A stretch of 64,000 nt of DNA from Candidatus Marinacidobacterium sp. (GCA_965220965.1 OZ244852.1:2784001-2848000); one strand, 5' to 3'. Numbered from the stretch's first letter, positions 42,649 to 54,225 are shown. Notes: a model not told the origin generated them from the letters alone. Made by a program: numbers and translations.

Positions 42649-44079
42649 ATGTCCGGTACCGTTAGGGCTCCGATGACGCGCGGACAGATCGCCGAATGGG
42701 TGGCCGCAGGAGAGTCAGAGACCCAGGAGTTCAAGCGCACAACCGGCCAGCGGCGAGCGGCGGCCAAGGCTGTCTGCGGGATGCTGAACCATCGCGGCGG
42801 GCGGGTTCTGTTCGGCGTGACTCCTGCGGGCGAAGTCGCCGGGCAGCGAACTGGAAGGGACACGCAGGAGGACATTTCCCAGGAGCTGCAGCAGATCGAC
42901 CCGCCGGTCTTCCCCGACATCGACCAGGTCGACGTCGGGGACTCGCTGGTCGTGATCGTCGTGACCGTTCCCACCGGGACGAATCGTCCGTACAGCTATC
43001 GGGGCCAGGCGTACCGGCGCGTGGGCAGGACGACGCTGTCCCTCTCCGGGGACGAGTACAACCGGATGTTGCTGGAGCGGCTCCACGGTGACTCGCGCTG
43101 GGAGACCGAGGAGGCCGCCGGGTGGGACATCGCCGATCTCGATCACGATCAGATCGCCGCAACGGCCGAAGAGGCGGTGCGGCGCGGGCGCTTGGAAGAA
43201 CCCGGTACGCGGGCGGCGGAGCCGCTGCTGCGCGGCCTCGGCCTGCTGCGTGGGCGAACGGTTCTGCGGGCGGCGGTCGCGCTCTTCGGCCGCCGACAAC
43301 GGCTCGCCACGGAGTACCCGCAGTGTCTCCTGAGGGTCGCCAGGTTTCGGGGGACGACTCGGACGGCGTTCCTCGACAACCGACAGGTCCACGGCAACGC
43401 CTTCGATCTGCTCCACGCCGCGCAGCGCTTCCTGGTGGAGAGCTTGCCGATCGCTGGCCGTGTTGTCCCGCACCTCTTCGAGCGGGTCGATGATCCGCTG
43501 TATCCGCCGGAGGCCCTGCGGGAGGCCGTGGCGAATGCGATCTGTCATCGCGACTATGCGGCGGGAGGCGGATCGATCGGGATCGGCATCTACGACGACC
43601 GCCTCGAAGTTACGTCAACCGGCGGACTTCCCTTCGGACTGACGCCGGAGATGCTGTTCGAGCCGCACGAGTCCCGGCCCTGGAATCCCCTGATCGCCGG
43701 CGTCTTCTTCCGTCGGGGGATCATCGAAAACTGGGGTCGCGGAACGCTCCGGATGGCGGAGCTCACCGAGAGCGCCGGACTTCCTCGCCCGGAGATCGAG
43801 GACCAGGCGGGCGCCGTTACGGTGCGCTTCCGACCAGGCCGCTACATCGCCCCCCAGCGGATCGGACGCGATCTGACCGAACGACAACGGGCGATCCTGA
43901 CGATCCTCGGCGAGGCGCCGGAGGGGGTCGCCGTGCGGGACCTCCGGGCTCGTCTGGTGAATGGCTCCACGGCGCGGCAGGTCGGCAAGGACCTCCAGAC
44001 ACTCCGGGCCCTCGGACTGGCTCTCCCCGCCGGACGGGGACGGGGCGCGCGCTGGCGCCGAGCTCAAGCAGCCCGTTGA
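42649..44079 (+). CDS. AlbA_2(Schlafen)-HATPase/RecG-C-HTH protein
   Basis: 'GESETQEFK', 'N..GGRVLFGV', 'ALREAVANAICHRDY', 'NPLIA', C-terminal wHTH; the stop codon lies inside repeat copy 2. Confidence 0.85.
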   Translation: MSGTVRAPMTRGQIAEWVAAGESETQEFKRTTGQRRAAAKAVCGMLNHRGGRVLFGVTPAGEVAGQRTGRDTQEDISQELQQIDPPVFPDIDQVDVGDSLVVIVVTVPTGTNRPYSYRGQAYRRVGRTTLSLSGDEYNRMLLERLHGDSRWETEEAAGWDIADLDHDQIAATAEEAVRRGRLEEPGTRAAEPLLRGLGLLRGRTVLRAAVALFGRRQRLATEYPQCLLRVARFRGTTRTAFLDNRQVHGNAFDLLHAAQRFLVESLPIAGRVVPHLFERVDDPLYPPEALREAVANAICHRDYAAGGGSIGIGIYDDRLEVTSTGGLPFGLTPEMLFEPHESRPWNPLIAGVFFRRGIIENWGRGTLRMAELTESAGLPRPEIEDQAGAVTVRFRPGRYIAPQRIGRDLTERQRAILTILGEAPEGVAVRDLRARLVNGSTARQVGKDLQTLRALGLALPAGRGRGARWRRAQAAR

Positions 44080-44252
44080 CAAAGTCCCGCGGCGTTCGAG
44101 CGGCGATGCATCCCGCCCGAACCACGCCCCTTCGGGGCGCTCATCGTTGCGTTTCGCTCGGAATATTCCCGATATTCCTCGCTCACGCGCCTTGTCGGCC
44201 GGGCGCCTCACCGCTCTCGGCGCTGCACGCGACCTTATCAACGGACTGCTAG
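44065..44252 (-). mobile_element. 188-bp MITE-like structured repeat, copy 2 (inverted)
   Basis: Reverse complement reads CTAGCAGTCCGTTGA...TCAACGGGCTGCTTG. Confidence 0.88.
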
Positions 44253-44299
44253 GCGGCGCTGGGTGTGGGACGACGCCACGGAGGTTGGTGAGGCCATTG

Positions 44300-44405
44300 G
44301 GAAACCATTCGGGCCAATTCCGGAACAATTCGGAACAATTCGGGGCCAATTCGGAACCATTCGCGGAACCATTCGGAACAATTCCGGGACAATTCGGAAC
44401 CATTC
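44300..44405. repeat. Degenerate tandem repeat of 10-12-bp units
   Basis: About 10 adjacent units of consensus GGAAC(A/C)ATTC. Confidence 0.85.
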
Positions 44406-44414
44406 GAGGCGATC

Positions 44415-44684
44415 ATGCCCATCACGCCCGGTTCGACCGCCAAGCGAAAGATCAGGCTGCGCCAGGAGGCGCGGCGGACGCCGGTAGCCCCGCCTGACGA
44501 CACGGTGGATCAGGAACTCCAGCGTGACGGCGAGGACCACGTCGAGGCCGGACCGGCCACGGCGGTGTCCGCGGCCTTCGGGCTGCTCGCTCGGCCGGGC
44601 GCGGCGCCACAGTCCATCGAGGCGCTGAACGAAGCGATCAGCGCCGGATGGGCCGGTGAGACGCCTCCATCAGGAAAGCGCTGA
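44415..44684 (+). pseudogene. Degenerate AbrB/MazE-type antitoxin-like ORF
   Basis: Only the C-terminus 'FGLLARPG..PQSIEALNEAI' resembles AbrB-type antitoxin tails; no toxin follows. Confidence 0.35.
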
Positions 44685-44807
44685 ACGCGATCTGGCGCGT
44701 CAATCAGGGTCAGACGCGCGCGGCAATCAGGATGAGACGCTGAACGCCGGTCGCGAGGGCGGGTGGGCGAGCCTTCACTGGGGCGCGGTGTGATGTCTCG
44801 CTCAAGT

Positions 44808-44850
44808 CATTGGTGCACATCACACGTGACATGGGCAATATGCACCAATG
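44808..44850. promoter_or_regulatory. Inverted repeat overlapping ATPase start codon
   Basis: CATTGGTGCACAT...ATATGCACCAATG; the right arm ends in the ATG at 44848. Confidence 0.55.
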
Positions 44851-46044
44851 GTCCCTCGTCGAGCGCGAACTCTCGTCGACCGGATGCTCCGCCTGGAGGC
44901 CGCTGTTGGTCTGCTTGGGCCGCGCCAGGCGGGGAAGACGACGCTCGCGCTCGCGATCGCAGCCTCCCGGGACGCCGTCTACCTGGACCTCGAGCGGCGC
45001 GAGGACCGCGCCGCCCTCGCCGACCCGGCGCGGTTCTTGGCCTCGCAGGAGGACCGGCTGGTCATCCTCGATGAAGTGGGCCACGTTCCCGAGCTCTTTG
45101 GGGAGCTCCGGGGCCTGATCGACGACGGCCGCCGCCGCGACCGTGGCCTGAGCCGCTTTCTCATCCTCGGATCGGCCGCCGTTCCTCTCCTGCGCCAGTC
45201 GGAGAGTCTCGCCGGCCGCATCGGCTGGGTGGAGCTTGGACCCCTCGACGTTCTCGAGGTCGACGACGCGGAACCGGTGGAGCGGCTCTGGGTTCGAGGG
45301 GGCCTGCCGCGCAGCTACCTCGCCGAGACCGACGCCGACAGCCTCACGATCCGGACGAACCTGATCGGAACGGTGCTGGGGCGCGACCTCCCGCACTTCG
45401 CCCCACGCCTCCCCATCGAGACCGTGGACCGGCTATGGGCGATGCTGGCCCATGGCCAGGGAACGCAGCTCAACCTCTCGCAATTGGCTGGAAGCCTTGG
45501 CGTGAGCACTCCCACCGTTGGCCGGTACGTGGATCTGCTCGTGGACCTTCTCCTCGTGCGTCGCCTTCCGCCCTGTCTCCCGAACCTCCGGAAGCGTCTC
45601 GTCAGGTCTCCCCGGCTCTACCTGCGGGATCCGGGGCTGCTCCACGCGCTGCTCGGCATCGGGGACCTGAACGCCCTCCTTCGCCACCCCGTCGTCGGCG
45701 CAAGCTGGGAGGGCTTCGTGATCGAGACCCTCCTCGCCGCCGCTCCGCCGCGCACCCAGGCGTCCTTCTACCGGACGGCGCGCGGCGCCGAAGTTGATCT
45801 GGTCCTCCACCTGCCCGGGCGCGCCACCCCCTGGGTGGTCGAGGTCCGCCACGGCGCGGCGCCGAAGCTCACCCGCGGATTCCACTCCGCGTGTCACGAT
45901 CTGGCGCCGGAGCGGGCGTTCGTGGTCCACGCGGGGTCCCGTCGCTTTCCGCTCCCAGGTGGCGCCGAGGCGATCCCCCTCCGGGCGATGGCGCGCCTGC
46001 TCGCTGGGAGCGCGGCCCCCGCCGGCGAGGCTCTCAAGGGTTGA
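44848..46044 (+). CDS. AAA_14 ATPase with DUF4143 domain
   Basis: 'GPRQAGKTT', 'ILDEV', 'ESLAGR', 'RGGLP', 'P.LYLRDPGL', 'FYRT..GAEVDLV'. Confidence 0.88.
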   Translation: MVPRRARTLVDRMLRLEAAVGLLGPRQAGKTTLALAIAASRDAVYLDLERREDRAALADPARFLASQEDRLVILDEVGHVPELFGELRGLIDDGRRRDRGLSRFLILGSAAVPLLRQSESLAGRIGWVELGPLDVLEVDDAEPVERLWVRGGLPRSYLAETDADSLTIRTNLIGTVLGRDLPHFAPRLPIETVDRLWAMLAHGQGTQLNLSQLAGSLGVSTPTVGRYVDLLVDLLLVRRLPPCLPNLRKRLVRSPRLYLRDPGLLHALLGIGDLNALLRHPVVGASWEGFVIETLLAAAPPRTQASFYRTARGAEVDLVLHLPGRATPWVVEVRHGAAPKLTRGFHSACHDLAPERAFVVHAGSRRFPLPGGAEAIPLRAMARLLAGSAAPAGEALKG

Positions 46045-46116
46045 ACGGGGTGTGGCGCGAACCGCCATCAGTCTCGCCGGGTCTTCTGACGCCGACGCCC
46101 CCCTGCGCTCCCTAAG

Positions 46117-46719
46117 TCAACCGCAGAGCGCGTCCAGAATCGGACCGACGACCGACTTTGCGCGACAGGTCTCCGCGGCGCGCCAGATCTCTGCTGGGCT
46201 CGCCTTCCGGTCCCACAGCGCGTCCCGCATCGCTTCGAGCGCCACATCCTTCCCCACGAGCCGACGGAAGCGAAAGCAGTCCACGACCGTCCGGGCCGGG
46301 TTTGTGATCCAGGCGGGCGCGCCCTCGAACTCGATGCGCTCGACGCCATAGCGGAGCGACGCCCCGGAGAAGCGGATGACCCGTACGGGAAGCTCGGGGA
46401 TCCGGGGCGCGCGGGCCTTGTGCGGGATCGCGATCCACACGCGTCGCGGGAGCTGGGTCCCAAGCTCGTGAACGCTCAGCGCGGTCAGCAGGCAGACGAT
46501 GCCGCTCGGGACGCGCGCGCAGACCGCCGCTTCGGTGTGGTGCTCAGTCACCTCCGCGTCACGCCAGCGATACAGCCCTCTCGCCACCCGCTCAACCGAG
46601 CCGTCTTCCCTGAGTCGCCGGAGAGTGCGCGCACTCATGCCGGCGGCGAACGCGTCCCTACGCCGGAAGAAGGCGGCTCGGCGCAGGTTCGGTTCCGGTT
46701 GCTGTGGACGTTCGGAAAC
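46117..46719 (-). CDS. Type IV TA antitoxin, AbiEi-like (start uncertain; nearest ATG 46638)
   Basis: 'RVARGLYR', 'CLLTALSVHELGTQLP', 'PARTVVDCFRFR..VG.DVALEA'. Confidence 0.82.
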   Translation of the reverse strand, partial: VSERPQQPEPNLRRAAFFRRRDAFAAGMSARTLRRLREDGSVERVARGLYRWRDAEVTEHHTEAAVCARVPSGIVCLLTALSVHELGTQLPRRVWIAIPHKARAPRIPELPVRVIRFSGASLRYGVERIEFEGAPAWITNPARTVVDCFRFRRLVGKDVALEAMRDALWDRKASPAEIWRAAETCRAKSVVGPILDALCG

Positions 46720-47029
46720 GTCGGCAACAAGAGCTGGGCGCCGACTTTTTGGGCGGAGTTCCCGGTCGACCTCGCGTTGCTCCGGCGACGGGACGGGCAC
46801 GGGACTCACGGTGGGGCGCCAGCCGGTGAACGGAGCCAGCGAGAGCCAGCCGAGTGGCTCGGCGCGGTTCGGAGGAAATTGCTCTCTCCCGCTGCGGTCG
46901 GACCGAACGGCGCCGCGAACGGTGACGCGAATCGCTACGCGCCGCAAACGGGATGGTGGCGCGCCCGCAGGGCCGTGGCCCTCGCGTGACCCTCCGCCTG
47001 GAACGGCCGCTCACGAAGTCGAATCACGT

Positions 47030-47182
47030 TCAGCCCGGGGGCGTCGCGGAGGAGCCCCGCTTCCTGGGAGGTGGCGCGGGCGGTGGCTTCGGCTTCCGAA
47101 TGCGACCTGGATGGGGCGTCACCGCCCTCCCCGGTCGCTCGCGGCCCTGTCGACCCGGCGGAGGCACTGGTTCCCTTGCCAC
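47030..47182 (-). CDS. Small Pro/Arg-rich peptide (50 aa)
   Basis: GGAGTAAGGGAG RBS then GTG; MAREPVPPPG...KPKPPPAPPPRKRG. Confidence 0.4.
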   Translation of the reverse strand: MAREPVPPPGRQGRERPGRAVTPHPGRIRKPKPPPAPPPRKRGSSATPPG

Positions 47183-47199
47183 GGTAACTCCCTTACTCC

Positions 47200-47700
47200 T
47201 CAGGCAGGCTTCGGGCCTTCTGTGACGTCGGTCGCTGGGTCCGAAGCTCTTCGCAGCCACCCGATGATCTCGTCGCGCCCCTGGTCCAGGGGTCTCGACG
47301 TGGCGCTCTCGCCTCCAGCATGGTCTGCGCACCACGAGGCCGCTCCGGTCGGTTCGAATTCGACTTCGATATCCACGCCGCGTCGCTGCCACTCGAGTTG
47401 CACGCCACCCGGCGCCGTCGGTACGACGGCTGGCGCGGCCAGGTTCGGGACCAGGGCGACCATCGAAACCAGGAAGGCGATGGCCTCCTCGATGGCCTCC
47501 TCTTTGGGAGTCGCTGCGTTGTAGGAGTTCCAGCCCTTCGGAAGACCCTTCAGCCGTACGGCTGAACGAATGGAGTCCAGAATCGGGACCGGCAGGTTGA
47601 GGCGACCGACACGGATTCGCGCTTCCGCATCCGGGCGCAACGAAGTATCCGCAGCGTTGTGCGGACGCCGGCCCCCCGGTTCTTCGGTCACCGCGCCCAC
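47200..47700 (-). CDS. Hypothetical protein
   Basis: Globular-looking 'LPKGWNSYNA...P..VPT..GGVQLEW...DIEVEF'; start uncertain. Confidence 0.6.
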   Translation of the reverse strand: MGAVTEEPGGRRPHNAADTSLRPDAEARIRVGRLNLPVPILDSIRSAVRLKGLPKGWNSYNAATPKEEAIEEAIAFLVSMVALVPNLAAPAVVPTAPGGVQLEWQRRGVDIEVEFEPTGAASWCADHAGGESATSRPLDQGRDEIIGWLRRASDPATDVTEGPKPA

Positions 47701-47772
47701 GATATCGCTCGGGCGCCATTCACGGCGTTCCGTTACGCCGCCTGTTCAAGGTTGCGCAACGTGAGCCCCGCA

Positions 47773-47799
47773 GGCCGGGGCTCGTGGTGAGCCCCGGCC
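47773..47799. terminator. Hairpin downstream of TonB receptor
   Basis: GGCCGGGGCTC-GTGGT-GAGCCCCGGCC, 12 nt past the stop. Confidence 0.5.
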
Positions 47800-47811
47800 C
47801 GGGGTTGTGGG

Positions 47812-50742
47812 TCAGAAGGAGTAGCGCAGGGCCAGCTCGAACTGACGCGAGGGGGCGTTGATGTTCGGGGTCAGCGAGGTGTCGTTGTTCCCGAAGCTCA
47901 GCGACCGCAGGTTGCCGTTCGCGTTGCCGAAGTTGGCGCGGTCGAAGAGGTTCAGCACCTGGAACACCGCTTCGATGCCGTGCGTCCCGCCCACATAGAA
48001 GTTCCGCGAAGCGCGGAAGTCCACGTTCAGGAAGTTGGAGCAGGCGAAGTCCTGGACAGCAGACCGATCGACGGTCGACCGGTAGGCGTTCGCGAGGCCG
48101 AGGTCCAGATTCCGGCAGCCGTAGGTGTTCGCCGCGCTGAATCCGGGCGCCAGGTCGCCGTTGTAGCCGTCGCCGTTGAGGTTCGTGCCCGAGGTCACGA
48201 GCACCGGCAGCGGCGAGCGGTAGTCGAAGATCGCGGAGATCCGGATGTCGCCCGGCAGCACCGCGATGGCGCTGCTCACCAGCCGGTGGCGGCGGTCGGT
48301 GTCCCCCGGACGGGTGATCTGCGTGTAGCCGGGGAAGCGGCTGTCCCAGCCCGAGGACTCCGTGTTCCGCGTCCAGAACTCGTGGGTCTCGGTCTTCGAC
48401 AGCGTGTAGCTGACCAGGAACTGCCAGCCGTCGGCGTAGCGCTTCTCGAACTTGGCGTAGAACGCCTGGTAGTCGTGGTCGAGCAGCGAGTAAGTCGTGT
48501 TCACCCGGTTGAACTGGGGCCAGGGGCGGGCGCCGTCGACCGGGTAGTTGATGTTCACGTTCCGCATCGCGTCGGCGCGGGTCGCGACCCGGGTCAGGTC
48601 GAGCGAGAGCGCCATGTCATCCCGCAACTGGTGCGCGAGGCCCAGGTTGAAGTGGTGCGCGTAAGGCTGCTCGTAGTCGTTGTCGAGGAGCGTGATGTTC
48701 GGGGGAGCGCCCGAGACGTACTCCTCTCTCGACCTGCCGCCCAGCGGATCGAGGAAGTCCGGGTTGTTGATGATGATCGTCTGGGCCTGGTGCCACCAGC
48801 GCTCGCCGAAGTTGGTCAGCGTGCGGATGTTCTCGAAGAACTTGCCGTAGCCGCCCTTGACCGTCGTGCGGCCGGTGTTGTCGCCCGAGAGGTCATAGAC
48901 GAACCCGATGCGGGGTCCCCAGTTGTCCGTATCGCCCCGCGAGCCGGCGCCGTCGTGCCACGGGACGGCCAGGGGGAACTGGATGTCCCGGATGTCCTCG
49001 TTGAAGGTGCCGACCTGGAGGTCGTAGCGGAGGCCGAGGTTCAACGTGAGGCGATCGCTCGACCAGTCGTCCTGGACGTACGCCGAGTAGTGGTAGACCG
49101 GCACGTCGTCGAACCGGGGGTTGCTCTGGGTGTACTGGATCGGATGGGTGTCCGGGTCGTTCGGGTCGAAGGGAGCGTTCGTGTCGAAGGTGAACGTCCC
49201 GGAGTAGTTGTTCAGGATGTCCGCCTTGAACTCGATGTAGTTGACGTCCACGCCGAACTTGACCTGGTTGTCGCCGCCGAGTCCCTGGGTGAACCAGGTG
49301 AAGTCGTCCTTGAACTGCCAGCGGGTCTCGGGGCCCATCTGGTCGTTGCAGGAGCCGGTGCGCAGGTCGGGTCGACGAATCGCCTGGTCGCAGAGCGCGA
49401 GGCGCTCCGGGCTGAAGTCGCCGGCGTCATAGGACCCCGCGCTGAACGCCGGGCTCACCTCGTACTTGGAGAATGCCCGCTGGAAGCGGAACTCGTTCAG
49501 CGAGTTGGCGCCGGTCACCGAGGTTACGCCGAAGACTTCGGCGTTCCGCGGCACTGCGAAGTCGAACCCCTCGGTCGTGATCCCGGAGGCGTTCAGGTTG
49601 GGCCGGTACTCGTTCTCCCAGGCGACTCGCAGCCAGACCTGGTGGTCGTCGTTCAACTGGTGGGTCATCCGGGCGAGCCACATGTAGCGCCACTCGTCCT
49701 TGGGGAAGGTCCCCTCGAACTCGGGGAAGGCGCCGTTCGTGTCGATGTCGTAGAACAGCTCCTCGTCGGTCCGCTCGTAGGCGAAGAAGAAATGGGTCCG
49801 GTCCTCCACGATCGGCCCGCCGAACGAACCGCCCAACTGGTGGCGCCGGTACTCCGGCTTCTCGAAGCTGGCGTTGTTCGCGGCGAATTCCTTCTGCTGG
49901 TAGGTCAGTTCGGTCAGCGCCTTGTCGCGGAAGAACCAGAACGCGCTCCCGGAGAAGTCGTTCGTGCCCGACTTGGTGACGACCGTCATCAGCCCGCCGG
50001 TGGCGAGCCCGTACTCCGCCTTGAAGTTGCTCGTCGTGACCTGGAACTCGCCGATGGCGTCCATCGGGAAGTTCTGGCGCGCCTCGCCCATTTCGGCCCA
50101 GGTGTTGTTCACCCCGTCCACGATGAAGGCGTTCGCGTAGTAGCGGCCTCCGGCCCCCATGTTCACGTTGCCCCGGTAGTAGAAGCCGCGGATCGCGTCC
50201 TGGCTCGTGCCGGGGGTGAGGAGGGCGAGGTCCACCCAGCGGCGCGAGGCCACCGGGAGGTCCTGGATCTGGAGATCCGAGACCGAGGTCGAGATGTCCG
50301 AGCGTCGGGTGTCGAGCAGGGGGGCGGCGCCGGTGACGGTCACCGTCTCCTCGACCTGCGCAAGCGCGAGCTCCTGGTTCAGGATGATCGTCTGCTGGAT
50401 CGTCAGGATGACGCCGGTGGTCTCAACCGTCTGGAACCCGCTGAGCTCCGCGCGCACCGTGTAGGGGCCCGGGACCAGCGCCGGCAGGCGGTAGTTCCCG
50501 GCGGAGTCGCTGACCGCGGAGCGGGAGACGCCGGTGTCCTCATTTGTTGCGGTCACCGTCGCGCCGGGAAGGACGGCGCCGGTGGCGTCGGCGACCGCGC
50601 CCTCGATCTGCCCGTACTGGGCGAAGGCGGGGGTGGCGAGGAGGAGAAGGGCGGCCGCCAGCGCGACCGCCCCCCGACAGGCCGGACCGGCCGGATTCCT
50701 GCAGGTCCGCTGCTGCTGGCTGGGGTTCGGCTGTCTGGCCAT
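47812..50742 (-). CDS. Oar-like TonB-dependent receptor with N-terminal carboxypeptidase-regulatory-like domain
   Basis: 'GAVLPGATVT', 'VDGVNN', 'VVTKSGTNDFSG', 'LNLGLRYD', terminal 'RYSF'. Confidence 0.92.
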   Translation of the reverse strand: MARQPNPSQQQRTCRNPAGPACRGAVALAAALLLLATPAFAQYGQIEGAVADATGAVLPGATVTATNEDTGVSRSAVSDSAGNYRLPALVPGPYTVRAELSGFQTVETTGVILTIQQTIILNQELALAQVEETVTVTGAAPLLDTRRSDISTSVSDLQIQDLPVASRRWVDLALLTPGTSQDAIRGFYYRGNVNMGAGGRYYANAFIVDGVNNTWAEMGEARQNFPMDAIGEFQVTTSNFKAEYGLATGGLMTVVTKSGTNDFSGSAFWFFRDKALTELTYQQKEFAANNASFEKPEYRRHQLGGSFGGPIVEDRTHFFFAYERTDEELFYDIDTNGAFPEFEGTFPKDEWRYMWLARMTHQLNDDHQVWLRVAWENEYRPNLNASGITTEGFDFAVPRNAEVFGVTSVTGANSLNEFRFQRAFSKYEVSPAFSAGSYDAGDFSPERLALCDQAIRRPDLRTGSCNDQMGPETRWQFKDDFTWFTQGLGGDNQVKFGVDVNYIEFKADILNNYSGTFTFDTNAPFDPNDPDTHPIQYTQSNPRFDDVPVYHYSAYVQDDWSSDRLTLNLGLRYDLQVGTFNEDIRDIQFPLAVPWHDGAGSRGDTDNWGPRIGFVYDLSGDNTGRTTVKGGYGKFFENIRTLTNFGERWWHQAQTIIINNPDFLDPLGGRSREEYVSGAPPNITLLDNDYEQPYAHHFNLGLAHQLRDDMALSLDLTRVATRADAMRNVNINYPVDGARPWPQFNRVNTTYSLLDHDYQAFYAKFEKRYADGWQFLVSYTLSKTETHEFWTRNTESSGWDSRFPGYTQITRPGDTDRRHRLVSSAIAVLPGDIRISAIFDYRSPLPVLVTSGTNLNGDGYNGDLAPGFSAANTYGCRNLDLGLANAYRSTVDRSAVQDFACSNFLNVDFRASRNFYVGGTHGIEAVFQVLNLFDRANFGNANGNLRSLSFGNNDTSLTPNINAPSRQFELALRYSF

Positions 50743-50817
50743 GGGTCGGTCTCCTCGGGAGGGACTCCGGGGTTGGCCCGACCGTCGGCCGGACCGGTTG
50801 ACGGATGCCGTGGACGG

Positions 50818-51321
50818 TTATTCCACGGTGAAACTGGCGCTCATGGTGGTCTCGCCCCACTGGAAGTGGAGCTCACCTCCGCTCCCGTCGCCGCTGACGG
50901 TGGCGGTGAACATCTCGGCGGACGGGCCGCTTCCGAGCGTCATCGGGATCTCGGCGACGTCATTGGCGGCGTCCCGCTCCGTGCCCCACTGTCCCGTCTG
51001 CGAGTTCACGAGAAGCGTCCAGCCGTCGGCGGTCTTCTCGGCGAACAGGCTGTAGGACCCGGCGGCGACGCTGACTCCGCTGAAGTCGAGGTCGGCGCTC
51101 GTCGTCAGGGTCGTGGAGGTGTCGGCTCCGAGCCGCCAGACGGTTCCTTCTCCGGCCATCCCCAGCATGTCCCGACCCTGCAGGCTGGGACGCCCGTACT
51201 CGATGGAGATGTCGGCGCCGCCGACGGTGGCCTCCGCCGTGCCCCGGGGGTTGGCGTGCTGCGCGAACGCGAACGATGCCGCGAGCGCGGCGGCGAGGAC
51301 GAGAGTTGCCGTGGACTTCAT
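50818..51321 (-). CDS. DUF2911-family exported protein
   Basis: 'ISIEYGRPSLQGR', 'VWRLGAD', 'GSYSLF', 'GQWGT'. Confidence 0.8.
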   Translation of the reverse strand: MKSTATLVLAAALAASFAFAQHANPRGTAEATVGGADISIEYGRPSLQGRDMLGMAGEGTVWRLGADTSTTLTTSADLDFSGVSVAAGSYSLFAEKTADGWTLLVNSQTGQWGTERDAANDVAEIPMTLGSGPSAEMFTATVSGDGSGGELHFQWGETTMSASFTVE

Positions 51322-51382
51322 GAAGGACCTCCAGGTCACTTGCGGGAAATGGGCGCCGGCACCCCCTGAAGGGTCCGGGACG

Positions 51383-51946
51383 TCAGGCCGTCGAGCCGAC
51401 AGGCTCGGCGGCGGGGGAAGAACGGGGGGCGCGCCGGCGGATCCCGATGACCCGGCCCCGCTCCGGCGGGTCGGGCATCCCCGTCTGGCGCCGGGTGATC
51501 TCTTCGAGGAGCGCCCGGTAGTCGGGCGGGATCGGCGCCGAGCGCCGGGTGCGCATGTCCACGTGGATCCCGATGTGCTCGCAGGTCGCGGCGAGCACCG
51601 GACCGGTCCCCGAACCCGATTCCGGTTCGGCGAACAGGCGCAGGAAGGCGTGGATCAGCTTGTCGCTGAAATCGAGGAGCTGCCAGGTCACGAAGAACGG
51701 CCGCCCCGGATGCAGCTCGTGCTGGTAGGTCACGTGATCCTCCAGCGCGAAGCTCGAGCGGTCCTCCTCGTCCCATAACCCGATGCCGGCGAGCATCGTC
51801 TGCGTCGCCTGATCGAAAGCCTTCCGATAGTACACGACGTTCATGTGCCCGTTGAGGTCGGTCCAGTCGCGCGAAACCACCCCGTCGTAGATGCGGAAAC
51901 CGCGTTCCGGATCGAAGCTCAGGTCGGGTGGAAGGCGGAAGGACAA
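51383..51946 (-). CDS. Hotdog-fold thioesterase
   Basis: 'DWTDLNGHMNVVYY'. Confidence 0.82.
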   Translation of the reverse strand: MSFRLPPDLSFDPERGFRIYDGVVSRDWTDLNGHMNVVYYRKAFDQATQTMLAGIGLWDEEDRSSFALEDHVTYQHELHPGRPFFVTWQLLDFSDKLIHAFLRLFAEPESGSGTGPVLAATCEHIGIHVDMRTRRSAPIPPDYRALLEEITRRQTGMPDPPERGRVIGIRRRAPRSSPAAEPVGSTA

Positions 51947-52031
51947 GGGACTCCCGGAAGCCTATCCGCGCCGCCTCCGGAGGGCGGGCGTACCCTTGTC
52001 CGCCGCGTCCAGCGGCGCGAGGAGGTCTGCG

Positions 52032-54206
<2,175 letters not shown>

Positions 54207-54225
54207 GCCGCGCGACCTGAGCTGA

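Noticed and set aside
44300-44405. Possible CRISPR array
   Set aside because: Units are 10-12 bp, adjacent, without unique spacers; no cas genes.
47980-51369. Long antisense ORFs (also 24939-27980, 14252-16372, 7278-9116 and others)
   Set aside because: Typical stop-poor shadows of real genes in high-GC DNA, with no motifs.
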